Source of the DNA: Candidatus Obscuribacterales bacterium
GTDB lineage: Bacteria > Cyanobacteriota > Vampirovibrionia > Obscuribacterales > Obscuribacteraceae
DNA: 64,000 nucleotides
Direction of reading: 5' to 3'
NCBI GenBank assembly: GCA_965228855.1
Contig: CBDDIJ010000005.1
Coordinates: forward strand, 1,504,001-1,568,000
Shown here piece by piece: positions 9,305 through 18,775 of this stretch. The translations under genes and the position numbers were made by a program. The notes under the pieces were generated by a model, which was not told where the DNA came from, searched no databases, and was given only the letters and a program-made list of their open reading frames with translations. Each line of letters opens with the position of its first letter. Position 1 is the first letter of the stretch.

Positions 9305-9946
9305 ATGCTAAATAAGAATCTCTTATCGTCAATGGTGTTGGTCGCAGGTGCGAGCCTGTTCCTCGTCTCACCTGCGACTGCGCAGGAATCCGAGGAAACA
9401 AATCCCAACGGCTACGATAAGTCTTTTATCAACAGACCAGATCACAAAAAACCGACCAATCCCTTCGCCGCGCGAGCAGCAGACTTTCCGAAAAACAGCT
9501 ACCGCAGAATGCTGTTGAGCAGTCCTTTTGCCAGTAGTAGTGTGGGTCTCGGCGTAAATTCCAGCAACCAGATGTACAATCAGAACGCCTATACGTATCT
9601 GAATCCTGATTCGTTCAAAGCCAACGACGCTACTCCCGAAGAGGTAAACCGATACATAGATCAGGTCTACAAGCCGGATTTGAACAAAAGTGGCAATCAG
9701 GGTTATGAAACCAATAAAGGTTTCGACCAGCCTAATCCTTTCACAGGAACTCGCTCGTCCTTGACCGAAGAAAATCCATTCGGCAGCACTTTCGATAATG
9801 GACCGAATAGCCCTTACATGCAGCCAGAGCAGGTTCGCAAAAAACAATACTACGGACAGAAAGATATTTCGGACAGTCCGAAGTCAGTTTCGACACCGGC
9901 TTCGGACCTCCAGAACAAGATTGATACCAGTCAGTCGAATTTCTAA
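9305..9946 (+). CDS. Secreted Asn/Pro/Ser-rich hypothetical protein
   Basis: Signal peptide ending PATA-Q; repeated NPF motifs. Confidence 0.8.
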   Translation: MLNKNLLSSMVLVAGASLFLVSPATAQESEETNPNGYDKSFINRPDHKKPTNPFAARAADFPKNSYRRMLLSSPFASSSVGLGVNSSNQMYNQNAYTYLNPDSFKANDATPEEVNRYIDQVYKPDLNKSGNQGYETNKGFDQPNPFTGTRSSLTEENPFGSTFDNGPNSPYMQPEQVRKKQYYGQKDISDSPKSVSTPASDLQNKIDTSQSNF

Positions 9947-10033
9947 GCTTCTATTTTGGAAAGACCTTACTTAACCGGATTACCGCCGCGAACAAACGAA
10001 GCCCAACGCGCACTTAATAGGTACAAATCAATC

Positions 10034-10738
10034 ATGATTAAACAAGCAGCCGCCACGATTTCCTTACTAGCTCTTGCAGCCATTATCGCCCCACCGGCTA
10101 ACGCGCAAGCAGCGCTGCAGTCGCAAGGTCGAACGGGCACGTTCGGTAATTCGTCGTTCACCACCAATAACTACAGAATGCCTAACTCATTCTTCACGAC
10201 AAACCAGAGCCTGCCTCGCGTCAGACCGACAGGATTGGGCGGATTGGCAGAAATTCACGGCCCGACAGGTCGAAATGGACTTCCGGTCACCAGCCTGGAT
10301 AGTTTCGTTCTCAACGCCGGCGGTCACGCCGAGCATATTTATGGCGATGAAGGCGCAGACGGTCTGCCGCCATATTTCGAATTCACCAAAGTGCACCGCA
10401 TCAACACCGGTATCACAGGGCAGCGCGACACCGGCTTGACCACAGGTCACGGCAGCTACATGCCTGATGCCTGGGGCGGAGACGAATTCGTCGATGGACC
10501 AGAATGGAGCCAATCAGGTTCTAATGGTGGAAACGCCGGACACTGGTCGCAAGGCGTCTACACCGGAGGCAGCCCCGGCACGCCGGCTTACAGCCCAGAC
10601 GAAGCGCCGCAGTACGACAACGTAACTCCTAACCAGGACGGCGACATCGACAACATTCCTTACGACGTTGGCTCAGAAGGTCAGTACCGGACAGATCAGG
10701 GTCCGACTACTCCTGGAACGAACCCGATGTTCCCTTAA
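10034..10738 (+). CDS. Secreted Gly/Pro/Thr-rich hypothetical protein
   Basis: Signal peptide MIKQAAATISLLALAAIIAPPANA; ordered-looking core LPVTSLDSFV...IYGDEG...LPPY...GLTTGHGSYMPDAWG. Confidence 0.8.
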   Translation: MIKQAAATISLLALAAIIAPPANAQAALQSQGRTGTFGNSSFTTNNYRMPNSFFTTNQSLPRVRPTGLGGLAEIHGPTGRNGLPVTSLDSFVLNAGGHAEHIYGDEGADGLPPYFEFTKVHRINTGITGQRDTGLTTGHGSYMPDAWGGDEFVDGPEWSQSGSNGGNAGHWSQGVYTGGSPGTPAYSPDEAPQYDNVTPNQDGDIDNIPYDVGSEGQYRTDQGPTTPGTNPMFP

Positions 10739-10916
10739 ATTGCCACCTTTTTCACGTGCATAGATTTCGACCGTCTAAAAACCGGCCGATGCTTCATGGA
10801 CTATGAAGCGAGGTTCGTTTGACTCGAAGTCGAAACGGCAGTTTTTGTAGCCAGACGACAACATAGTGCCTGTAAAATTAAGGGCGCATATCAATGCTGC
10901 TCGCGATAAATTTCGA

Positions 10917-12701
10917 ATGAAACTAACCCTGGTCCGGAAAGCTATCTTATTGATAGGCATTCCATTCGCGCTTCAAATCTCCATATTCTTCTGGTTCGGC
11001 CACCTTTTGGAAACGGCAAGTCAGGCGGCTCGACGCGAATATGACGCCAAACTTTTTTACGTTCACAGCAACTATGCCACAGCCATAGTCGCTATTCAAA
11101 CTTTGAGTGGACTCGGCTACCTTCTAACGCACGATTCAAAGTGCCTTGACGAATATGCAACCTTTGCAAAGGGCACATCAAAGGAATTCAAGACGCTGAG
11201 TGAATTACTGAAAGATGAACCGGACCAAGTTGCCCGACTTCAGCGCATCGAAAAATTGGTTAACGAGTCACGAGACCTGCTAGGCATCTCTACGGACAAG
11301 ACCCGGACCTACAAAGATCTCTCGATTGAAAAATTGAAGCAGACGCTTCGAGAAGCAATTAAGATCCGCCATGAAATTATGCTCGGCGAATACGGCGACT
11401 TGCGTCCTACCCGAGCCGACCTGCCCAACGAACGCGAATCACAACGTCAAATGATCGTCAGCACTCTCGCATTCGTCTCGGTTGTTATCTTCGTTTTGAC
11501 GCTCATCTTCGTTCGTGGTCTTCTTACACGGCTGACAATAATTCACAGCAATACAAAAGCACTAGCCGAGAATGAACCGCTAAAACCGCCCGTCAAGGGA
11601 AACGACGAGATCTCCGATGTAGACTCATCATTTCACGAGATGGCCAACTTGCTGATCGAGTCCAGCCGAAAGGAAAGGGCCCTGGTCGACAATGCCACGA
11701 GCGTGTTGGCCTCGTTGGATAAACAACAGCAATTCATTAAAGTGAGCCATGTGGCAAAAAAATCTTGGGGTTACACCGAATCGGAACTCGTAGGGAAAAA
11801 CATCTCGACCCTTTTCGAAAACTGGACAAGCGAGGATACTGCCAGGCTGAGTGAACTGATTGCATCCGGAGAAAATGAGACTTTCGACCGCACGCTGGTT
11901 CGCCCGGAAGAACAAGAGAGCATCGTGAGAATCGACATCCATTGGGCGTCTTCCGAAGAACAATTTTTCTGCGTCGCCACCGACGTTACGAAAGAGAAAG
12001 AGCTCGAACAGATGAAGCAGCAACTGCTGGACACGGTCGCCCATGATTTGCGCTCACCAATGACTTCAATTCGCACAACACTTCAGCTCGTGCGAACAGG
12101 AGCCATGGGCGAAATCCCGGATGCAGTCAACAAACGCTTAGAGCGCGTCGAAGATCAAACGAATCGACTTATACGCCTGATCAATGACTTACTGGACTTT
12201 GAACGACTGGAGGCTGGCAGCATAACGCTGTTTTTGCAACCGGAGTCAGCCGACAAAATCGTCTTGTCATCCATTGAAGCAGTCTCAGAATCTGCAGAAC
12301 AAGCGGCTGTTCGTATCGAATATAAAACAGCGGAGATTGAGGTTAACGGTGATTGCGATCGGCTGATCCAGGTTTTAGTAAATCTGATTTCGAATGCTAT
12401 TAAATTCTCACCAGCGGAAACAGCTGTAACTATCCGCATTTCGCAAGTGCGTCAGCCAAGAGATGGCTCAGCTGTGCGCTTTGAAGTCAGCGACAGCGGG
12501 CCGGGCGTACCGGAAGAATTTCAGAAGAAAATCTTTGAACGTTTCAAAATGATAGAAGGTTCAAAAGCCCATAAAAAAAGCGGTTCCGGTCTAGGCCTGG
12601 CGATATGCAAACAAATCGTCGACCTACACGGTGGCGAAATAGGTGTCCTCAACAACGAAAACGGCTCAGGTTGCACGTTTTGGTTTACTATCCCGCAGTA
12701 A
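10917..12701 (+). CDS. Membrane sensor histidine kinase (periplasmic helical sensor-TM-HAMP-PAS-HisKA-HATPase)
   Basis: Two TM helices, HAMP (GNDEISDV), H-box AHDLRSPM, N-box NLISNAIKFS, DSGPG, GSGLGLAICK. Confidence 0.93.
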   Translation: MKLTLVRKAILLIGIPFALQISIFFWFGHLLETASQAARREYDAKLFYVHSNYATAIVAIQTLSGLGYLLTHDSKCLDEYATFAKGTSKEFKTLSELLKDEPDQVARLQRIEKLVNESRDLLGISTDKTRTYKDLSIEKLKQTLREAIKIRHEIMLGEYGDLRPTRADLPNERESQRQMIVSTLAFVSVVIFVLTLIFVRGLLTRLTIIHSNTKALAENEPLKPPVKGNDEISDVDSSFHEMANLLIESSRKERALVDNATSVLASLDKQQQFIKVSHVAKKSWGYTESELVGKNISTLFENWTSEDTARLSELIASGENETFDRTLVRPEEQESIVRIDIHWASSEEQFFCVATDVTKEKELEQMKQQLLDTVAHDLRSPMTSIRTTLQLVRTGAMGEIPDAVNKRLERVEDQTNRLIRLINDLLDFERLEAGSITLFLQPESADKIVLSSIEAVSESAEQAAVRIEYKTAEIEVNGDCDRLIQVLVNLISNAIKFSPAETAVTIRISQVRQPRDGSAVRFEVSDSGPGVPEEFQKKIFERFKMIEGSKAHKKSGSGLGLAICKQIVDLHGGEIGVLNNENGSGCTFWFTIPQ

Positions 12702-12794
12702 TTATGCGGACAGAGAGTGAAGCAAGTAACTTCGCCGGGATGCGAAAAGCACAGCAACTGAAACCAATCGAGTACGCGACCAGGCGAAACCAAA

Positions 12795-13454
12795 TTACCA
12801 CGGCGAGGGCATGCTGGGCACAGTAGACCACTGCGGAGCCTGACCGTTACCTGACGCAGGACCGAGGTTCATGACAGGATTCGGATCGTCGGAATTTGCC
12901 AATCCCTCCGGATGCTCAGCCTGAGCACAGCAGGTGATCGATACCGGGAACGGCGAGGATAGCCCCGGCACATCGGCAATCAAACCGATCGGAAGTGGAA
13001 CAAGGGGACCAACGCGCTGCCGCGTGGTGACTCGATACTCATAGATGTATTGAAGAAGATCTGGTCCGTCCGACATTTTAGTGTCCGGTCCCAGAAACTC
13101 GGTCGTCATACTTGTCAGACCAGTTCGCACGAGCCAGATGTGTCCACCGGTATTGGCAAGACCGCCGATTGGGTCGATTCTAGCGAACTTTCCAAATCCA
13201 TCGTCTTGTATTTTCTTCAAATTTGAGATGGTGGAACTCTTTGCGCCGCTAAAACTTGTAGAAACGCCCGCTGCACTGGCCGCTTGCCTGGTCGCGAAGT
13301 AGCAAGTCACATAGCCTGTTGCCACTCCGATGAGATCGATCAGCGGAAACAAAATCACTAAAAAGAAGATGATTATAGCTGGAGCAAACTCAGCTATATT
13401 AGCGCCTTGGGCGCGGCGCGACGGTCCGAACTTTTTCCGCAAACGAACGTTCAT
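12795..13454 (-). CDS. TadE-like minor pilin/pseudopilin
   Basis: Basic leader then class III signal RRAQG|ANIAEFAPAIIIFFLVILFPL (G-1, E+5); adjacent to a prepilin peptidase. Confidence 0.75.
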   Translation of the reverse strand: MNVRLRKKFGPSRRAQGANIAEFAPAIIIFFLVILFPLIDLIGVATGYVTCYFATRQAASAAGVSTSFSGAKSSTISNLKKIQDDGFGKFARIDPIGGLANTGGHIWLVRTGLTSMTTEFLGPDTKMSDGPDLLQYIYEYRVTTRQRVGPLVPLPIGLIADVPGLSSPFPVSITCCAQAEHPEGLANSDDPNPVMNLGPASGNGQAPQWSTVPSMPSPW

Positions 13455-13517
13455 TGAAGCACCACCTGGACATATTATTCCCAGAACTTTCAATCAGCTG
13501 GTAGCGTTTTCCGTTCT

Positions 13518-13877
13518 TCACGACCTGGAAAAGGAGAGTTGATCGCCCACTTCAGTCGAAGTATCCTTCGCTCGGCCGGCAGGAAGCTCAAGGCAGGAAT
13601 GGGCGCGGGAATACAGTTTCGAGGCCTGTCCCGGTTGAATTGCGTGCAAAATTTCAACGACTACGAGCTGTTTATCGACAAAAATTGCATCGATCGCGTA
13701 CTTCATTCCGAACATGTGAATGCTGTTGCATGGCACGATGAACAAACCGCCTCCAGCCTCGAGTTCAGAGGTACCCAGCAAACCTTTGGCGCGAGCAAAG
13801 AAGGAATCGGCTATCAGCGCTTTGTCGGCGATGGTAGTTCCGCGAGTCTCGTTTCGAAAAGTATGAAGGTCTTTCAA
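13518..13877 (-). CDS. DUF192 family protein
   Basis: ADSFFARAKGLLG...GLFIVPCNSIHMFGMKYAIDAIFVD...LELPAG; commonly found with Tad loci. Confidence 0.9.
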   Translation of the reverse strand: MKDLHTFRNETRGTTIADKALIADSFFARAKGLLGTSELEAGGGLFIVPCNSIHMFGMKYAIDAIFVDKQLVVVEILHAIQPGQASKLYSRAHSCLELPAGRAKDTSTEVGDQLSFSRS

Positions 13878-13926
13878 AACACGCTTACCATCTTTCTTTT
13901 CAAGACCTCATAGCCGTTTCTGAAAG

Positions 13927-14529
13927 CTAAAACCAATAGCCCACGAAGGACAGAATCATCGGCAAACCGAACAAAGTAGTGTCGTGAAAACCGAGCAGGT
14001 CCAGCGTCGGCTTCTGCAAAACAATCGCTAGAAAAGTGCCGACCGCGATCGAAGGACCGAGCGGAATTTTCGACTTGAGCGCAGATTGCAGTTTTTCATC
14101 CTGCAAGAAATCATCGGTTACCACGCCGGTTTTCATCGCCATGGACATTTTTTGCCAGGGAAAAACAGATGCCGTTTTCGTAACCGCGACAAGACCATAG
14201 ATAATCGAGAAAAATAGGAATGTGAGCAGCACTCCGCCGGGACCCACGAAGGCTCCGATCGCCGCCATCAGCTTTGCGTCGCCAAAATACATCTTCGGTT
14301 TCTTCATCAAAATGTGGTCAGGCACAATCATAATCGCGACAGCGATGATCCAACCTGCCACCGCCACTAGTGCCGCCTGCCAGCCGCCGGACATAAAGTT
14401 TAAAACGATTCCGAGGGCCGCCGCGGGAAAAGTGATGACATTGAAAATCTTCTTGGTTTTCCAGTCGATAATTCCAGCCACCGTAACGATGACCAGGAGG
14501 GCGATTTGAGCGATGCTAAAAGTGGGCAT
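13927..14529 (-). CDS. Prepilin peptidase, A24 family (CpaA/TadV-like)
   Basis: IIDWKTKKIFN, FGDAKLMAAIGAFVG, IPLGPSI; multi-TM with the two catalytic Asp motifs. Confidence 0.9.
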   Translation of the reverse strand: MPTFSIAQIALLVIVTVAGIIDWKTKKIFNVITFPAAALGIVLNFMSGGWQAALVAVAGWIIAVAIMIVPDHILMKKPKMYFGDAKLMAAIGAFVGPGGVLLTFLFFSIIYGLVAVTKTASVFPWQKMSMAMKTGVVTDDFLQDEKLQSALKSKIPLGPSIAVGTFLAIVLQKPTLDLLGFHDTTLFGLPMILSFVGYWF

Positions 14530-14597
14530 TTATGACCTTCGATGAGACTCGCATCATTTCCTGCAGGTTGGACCGTTCAATTTGCCGGTTCTGAAAC

Positions 14598-14978
14598 CTA
14601 GGGGCAGACTGCGATTGCGTCAATTTCGACTTTCACATCTTTAGGAAGTCTGGCTACTTCAACTGTTGCGCGTGCCGGTTTGTGGTTCGGGAAGAACTCG
14701 GCGTAAGCAGCGTTGACCTCTTCGAAGTCGGACATATCCTTGAGATAAATCGTTGTTTTTACAACGTTATCGAGGGATGAGCCGGCTGTTTCGATGATGT
14801 TAGTAAGGTTGCGCATAACCTGCTTCGTGAGTTCAGCGACGCTGCCCTGAGCAAGTTGCGACGTCGCCGGATCGATCGGAATCTGTCCGGAGACAAAAAC
14901 AAAACCATTCGCCTTAACCGCTTGGGAGTAAGGTCCGATGGCTTTTGGTGCTTTGTCGGTTTGTATAGCTTGCAACAT
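14598..14978 (-). CDS. ridA: RidA family reactive intermediate/imine deaminase
   Basis: APKAIGPYSQAV, SGQIP, VVKTTIYL, PARATVEVARLPKDVKVEI. Confidence 0.95.
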   Translation of the reverse strand: MLQAIQTDKAPKAIGPYSQAVKANGFVFVSGQIPIDPATSQLAQGSVAELTKQVMRNLTNIIETAGSSLDNVVKTTIYLKDMSDFEEVNAAYAEFFPNHKPARATVEVARLPKDVKVEIDAIAVCP

Positions 14979-15097
14979 TCTTCTCCTACCGCAAAAACAG
15001 CGTTTTCTAACCAAGAACCGCCTAATGCTAGCAGATTGTCACATGCGAGTTCAGCACTTGATGCTCGACCGTGGCGGAACAGGTGGCAGGCGGATAC

Positions 15098-15129
15098 AAA
15101 AACGGTCAGCCGTTGTCTGGCTGACCGTT
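15098..15129 (-). terminator. Intrinsic terminator after tadC
   Basis: Minus strand AACGGTCAGCC-AGACAAC-GGCTGACCGTT followed by TTTGTAT. Confidence 0.8.
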
Positions 15130-15152
15130 CAAAATGGCTTGAATAGTCGATT

Positions 15153-16079
15153 TTATTTCATCGACGACATGATAGGACCGATTGCCGTGACGATCGTTAC
15201 GACAGCAGGACCAAGCATCGGAGCCAGGATGAGAGGCATAACGAAGATCATGATTACAGGAACCATCTTAACCGGAACCTTACCGGCTTCTTCTTCTTTC
15301 TTCCGCTTGAGGCGGTCTCTCAGGGCTGCGGCTTGTTGTTGCAACGGATAACTGATGTCGGCACCCTTCGCTTCTGCAGCGATTAGAGCTGATGCCATGT
15401 TGATCAATTCGTCCACTCCGCAGCGCTCGCCCATTTCGCGCAATGCGTAGGGAACTGACTTTGCGAAGATTTTGACGTCGTTGATGAGCTGTTTCAGCTC
15501 AGCTGAGAGTGTCGGACAGGAATCGTCGACCTCTTTTGAAATTTTGTCGAGACCTTGAAGCATACCGAGACCGGCTTGTGCGCATACAATCATCAAGTCG
15601 ATAACGATCGGAAGTTCTCTGAGAATCTGGGTTTGGCGCTTCTTCGCGCGACCTGCCAGGAAGAAGTTCGGGATCAACCAACCGAGAACGGCTGCCGGAA
15701 TTGCGAGAACAAGGTTGATCGGGTTACCGGCTGCAGCCAGGACACCCATGAACAAAATGCTGCCAGCAACCATTGAGCGAATACCGATGTAGATCGCCAA
15801 GTGCTGAGGGGTACGGTAGTTCGCCTGGGTCAGGAGTTCGACGGAGCGTTTGTCAGCCAGTGCCGGCATCACGCTCAGAACCAACTCACCGATTGTACGA
15901 GCAAGAAGCAACAGAGCCGAATCTTTCGGTTTTTCAGCGGTGGTTTCATCACCCTCTTTGCGAGGACGAACCCGAACGGCATACGAATCAACGTAGATGC
16001 CCATGACCGGCCTCAAAAACAGAAGCCCTGCGGCTAAACAGACGCAGAATGTGAGCAGGGCAACCATTGTGTTGTTCAT
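15153..16079 (-). CDS. tadC: Tad pilus inner-membrane platform protein TadC (T2SS F family)
   Basis: ELPIVIDLMIVCAQAGLG...ALREMGERCGVDEL...EEEAGKVPVKMVPVIMIFVMP; follows tadB. Confidence 0.9.
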   Translation of the reverse strand: MNNTMVALLTFCVCLAAGLLFLRPVMGIYVDSYAVRVRPRKEGDETTAEKPKDSALLLLARTIGELVLSVMPALADKRSVELLTQANYRTPQHLAIYIGIRSMVAGSILFMGVLAAAGNPINLVLAIPAAVLGWLIPNFFLAGRAKKRQTQILRELPIVIDLMIVCAQAGLGMLQGLDKISKEVDDSCPTLSAELKQLINDVKIFAKSVPYALREMGERCGVDELINMASALIAAEAKGADISYPLQQQAAALRDRLKRKKEEEAGKVPVKMVPVIMIFVMPLILAPMLGPAVVTIVTAIGPIMSSMK

Positions 16080-16085
16080 TGGGCT

Positions 16086-17015
16086 TTAAACCTCGAAAGT
16101 AGTCATCTTCATCAGGATCCAGAATCCGATCAATTCCCAGATAATGAGAAGAAGAAGGATGATTCTGGCGACCGGGTGATTCAAGAACGGAATGATGTAA
16201 CCAGGAGTCGCGCAATAAGTGATCAGTGTAATCCCGTAAGGCAGACAGCCGATGAAAGCTGCCGTCGCTTTACCTTGTGAAGTCAAAGCTGCGAGGAAGT
16301 CGCGAAGTTTGAATCGTTCACGGATGGCATCAGCGATGGTGGCAACAACGTCGGCGAGGTTTCCGCCTACCTCTTGCGAGATAAACACTGCTTGGGTCAG
16401 CAGTCTGAAGTCGGGAGCCTTGATACGAATACACATCTCTTTGAGTGTGTCTTTGAACGGCTTTCCGAGTTGGAGCGAAATCAGTCCACGCTTGAACTCA
16501 CCGCGAATCGGATCCGGGGAGGTGTCAGCGATAACCTTGAAGCACTCTAGAATCGGCGAACCGGCTCTGAGTGAGCTCACCATGGTTTCCAAAACTTGCG
16601 GTAGTTGCTCGGTCATCTTCGCTTGTCTCTTCTTCGCTACTTGCGAGAGGTAGAAAACGAAACCGGCTGCACCAACCGGAATACCGAGAATGAAACCGAC
16701 GATCGACAATTCAGGCACGCTGAGCGCCATAAACAAACCGATCGCAAGACCACCGCCGACTGCGCAGCAGATCCAGGTAGTCTTCATCTGATCGTATTTT
16801 GATTCGAGTCCGGCTAATGCGAGAAGATGGGCAAGATATCCAGTTTTTTGTTGAACGAAGATATCGTCTTCCTGGTCCTCTTGATTCTTCTCAGCCATTT
16901 TGCGCTTGTGCTTGTACAGCCGAGAAAGCTCATCGGCATGACCGCTCTTTAAAAGCGCCATGCCGAGCAACCCTACGGTCAGGGCTGCGATGAATGTCAT
17001 CATTCCAACTTCCAT
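16086..17015 (-). CDS. tadB: Tad pilus inner-membrane platform protein TadB
   Basis: EQLPQVLETMVSSLRAG, EVGGNLADVV...IRER...ALTSQGK. Confidence 0.92.
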   Translation of the reverse strand: MEVGMMTFIAALTVGLLGMALLKSGHADELSRLYKHKRKMAEKNQEDQEDDIFVQQKTGYLAHLLALAGLESKYDQMKTTWICCAVGGGLAIGLFMALSVPELSIVGFILGIPVGAAGFVFYLSQVAKKRQAKMTEQLPQVLETMVSSLRAGSPILECFKVIADTSPDPIRGEFKRGLISLQLGKPFKDTLKEMCIRIKAPDFRLLTQAVFISQEVGGNLADVVATIADAIRERFKLRDFLAALTSQGKATAAFIGCLPYGITLITYCATPGYIIPFLNHPVARIILLLLIIWELIGFWILMKMTTFEV

Positions 17016-17114
17016 TGTTAGCGTTCCTCGAAATCGCGAACCTGACTAAATCTGGTGGTGACCCTTTGTATCGAGCCTCCTCCAATTAATTGCAAGCAAC
17101 TGGAACGTAGCGGC

Positions 17115-18758
17115 TTAACGCAGCCACTCCAGTTTGAACGGTACAGCTTCCTGCTCGAGTTTCTCGAGGAATTTCGGAGGCAGACCTGAACCAACGTGTC
17201 GGCATTTGAAGAACCCTCTCGGGTCACGTCCTTCACGCTCGAGGTTGAAGAGCGTGGAGATAGCGATGGTTTCACCTTCCATACCGGTTATCTCTGCCAT
17301 TTCCGTACATCTTCTCGTACCGTCTTCTAGACGTCGGATCTGCAGAATAACCTCAATAGCTGACGCGATCAGTTCGCGCGCCGCTTTCTGAGGCATTTCC
17401 ATACCACCCATGAGGATCATGTTTTCCAAACGCTTGGTACAGTCCCGTGGATTGTTGGCGTGGATTGTAGTCATTGAGCCATCGTGACCGGTGTTCATGG
17501 CCTGCAACATGTCGAACGCTTCTTCTCCCCGACATTCCCCAAGGATGATTCTGTCGGGTCGCATACGTAGACAGTTGATAACGAGCATGCGCTGTGTGAT
17601 TTGACCACGTCCTTCTGTGTTCGGAGGACGAGTTTCCATCCGCACCCAGTGCTCGTGTTGCAATCTCAATTCAGCCGCGTCCTCAATGGTGATGATGCGT
17701 TCTCTCGGGTTGATGTGCGCCGAGAGTGCGTTCAACATTGTGGTTTTACCGGAACCTGTACCACCAGAGATGATCATGTTGATCCGCCCTTTGACACAGG
17801 CTTTGGCTACTTCAGCCATCTGTACGGAAAGCGCGCCTTTTTCAACGAGCTGACCGAGTGAAAGAATTGTTGTACCAAAGCATCGGATCGTGATTGTCGG
17901 TCCGTCGATGGTTACTGGAGGAATCGTTGCGTTTACCCGTGAACCGTTTGGAAGACGGGCGTCAACCATGGGGCTGTTGTCATCGAGACGTCTGCCCAGG
18001 GGCTGAATGATTTTGTCGATTGTCTGACGGAGGTGTCTGTCGTTTTCGAACGCTACGTTCGTTTTTTCCAGACGTCCGTGACGTTCCACGTACACGCTAG
18101 CTACTCCGTTGACGCAAATATCGCCGACGGACGGGTCGCGCAGTAGCGGACCGAGAGGACCGAATCCGAACACTTCGTCCAACACGTTCTGAAGAAGAAT
18201 ACCTTTCTCCATCATGGTGAGCGGCGCCGGATCAGAGTTTACGATTTCACGGATACGAGCGCGGACTTGCGCTTGCGTATCTTCGGAGATGTTGGTCAAA
18301 CGCGAAGTATCCAGCTCTCGTCTGAGCTGGTCGATGATGAACTTCTCGCGTTCACGAATCAATTGCTGGTTAGCAGAAAACTTACCAGAGTCGCCGCCGA
18401 CATCGACCGGCTCTTCGTGGTAAGCACTGTAATCATCTTTAGCGTCGATACGCTCGATTTCTTGTCGGCTTGGACCGTCGCCACCTTGAACAACTTGTCC
18501 GCCCTGCGCTCCACCTGGACGTCCACCGGCTACACCGGTCTGTGGTCCGCCGCCGCCTGGTCTGGCAATGCCGCCTTGACCTGGTGCCGGACCGCCTGGG
18601 CGTCCGCCCACTCCGGTTTGAGGACCTTGTCCTTGCACGCCTGTAGCTTTTTGCTGAGCTGGTGCAATTTGTGCGCTCTCACGCTGTTGACGTACCAGCT
18701 GTCCCATCAAAGACGAGGATGGTCGCGCTGGCAAATTCTCCTTTTTCTCTTCAGACAT
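17115..18758 (-). CDS. cpaF: Tad pilus assembly ATPase TadA/CpaF with Gly-rich N-terminal extension
   Basis: [23 protein letters not shown], Walker [49 protein letters not shown]. Confidence 0.96.
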   Translation of the reverse strand: MSEEKKENLPARPSSSLMGQLVRQQRESAQIAPAQQKATGVQGQGPQTGVGGRPGGPAPGQGGIARPGGGGPQTGVAGGRPGGAQGGQVVQGGDGPSRQEIERIDAKDDYSAYHEEPVDVGGDSGKFSANQQLIREREKFIIDQLRRELDTSRLTNISEDTQAQVRARIREIVNSDPAPLTMMEKGILLQNVLDEVFGFGPLGPLLRDPSVGDICVNGVASVYVERHGRLEKTNVAFENDRHLRQTIDKIIQPLGRRLDDNSPMVDARLPNGSRVNATIPPVTIDGPTITIRCFGTTILSLGQLVEKGALSVQMAEVAKACVKGRINMIISGGTGSGKTTMLNALSAHINPRERIITIEDAAELRLQHEHWVRMETRPPNTEGRGQITQRMLVINCLRMRPDRIILGECRGEEAFDMLQAMNTGHDGSMTTIHANNPRDCTKRLENMILMGGMEMPQKAARELIASAIEVILQIRRLEDGTRRCTEMAEITGMEGETIAISTLFNLEREGRDPRGFFKCRHVGSGLPPKFLEKLEQEAVPFKLEWLR

Positions 18759-18775
18759 TTAGAACCACCTTGTAT

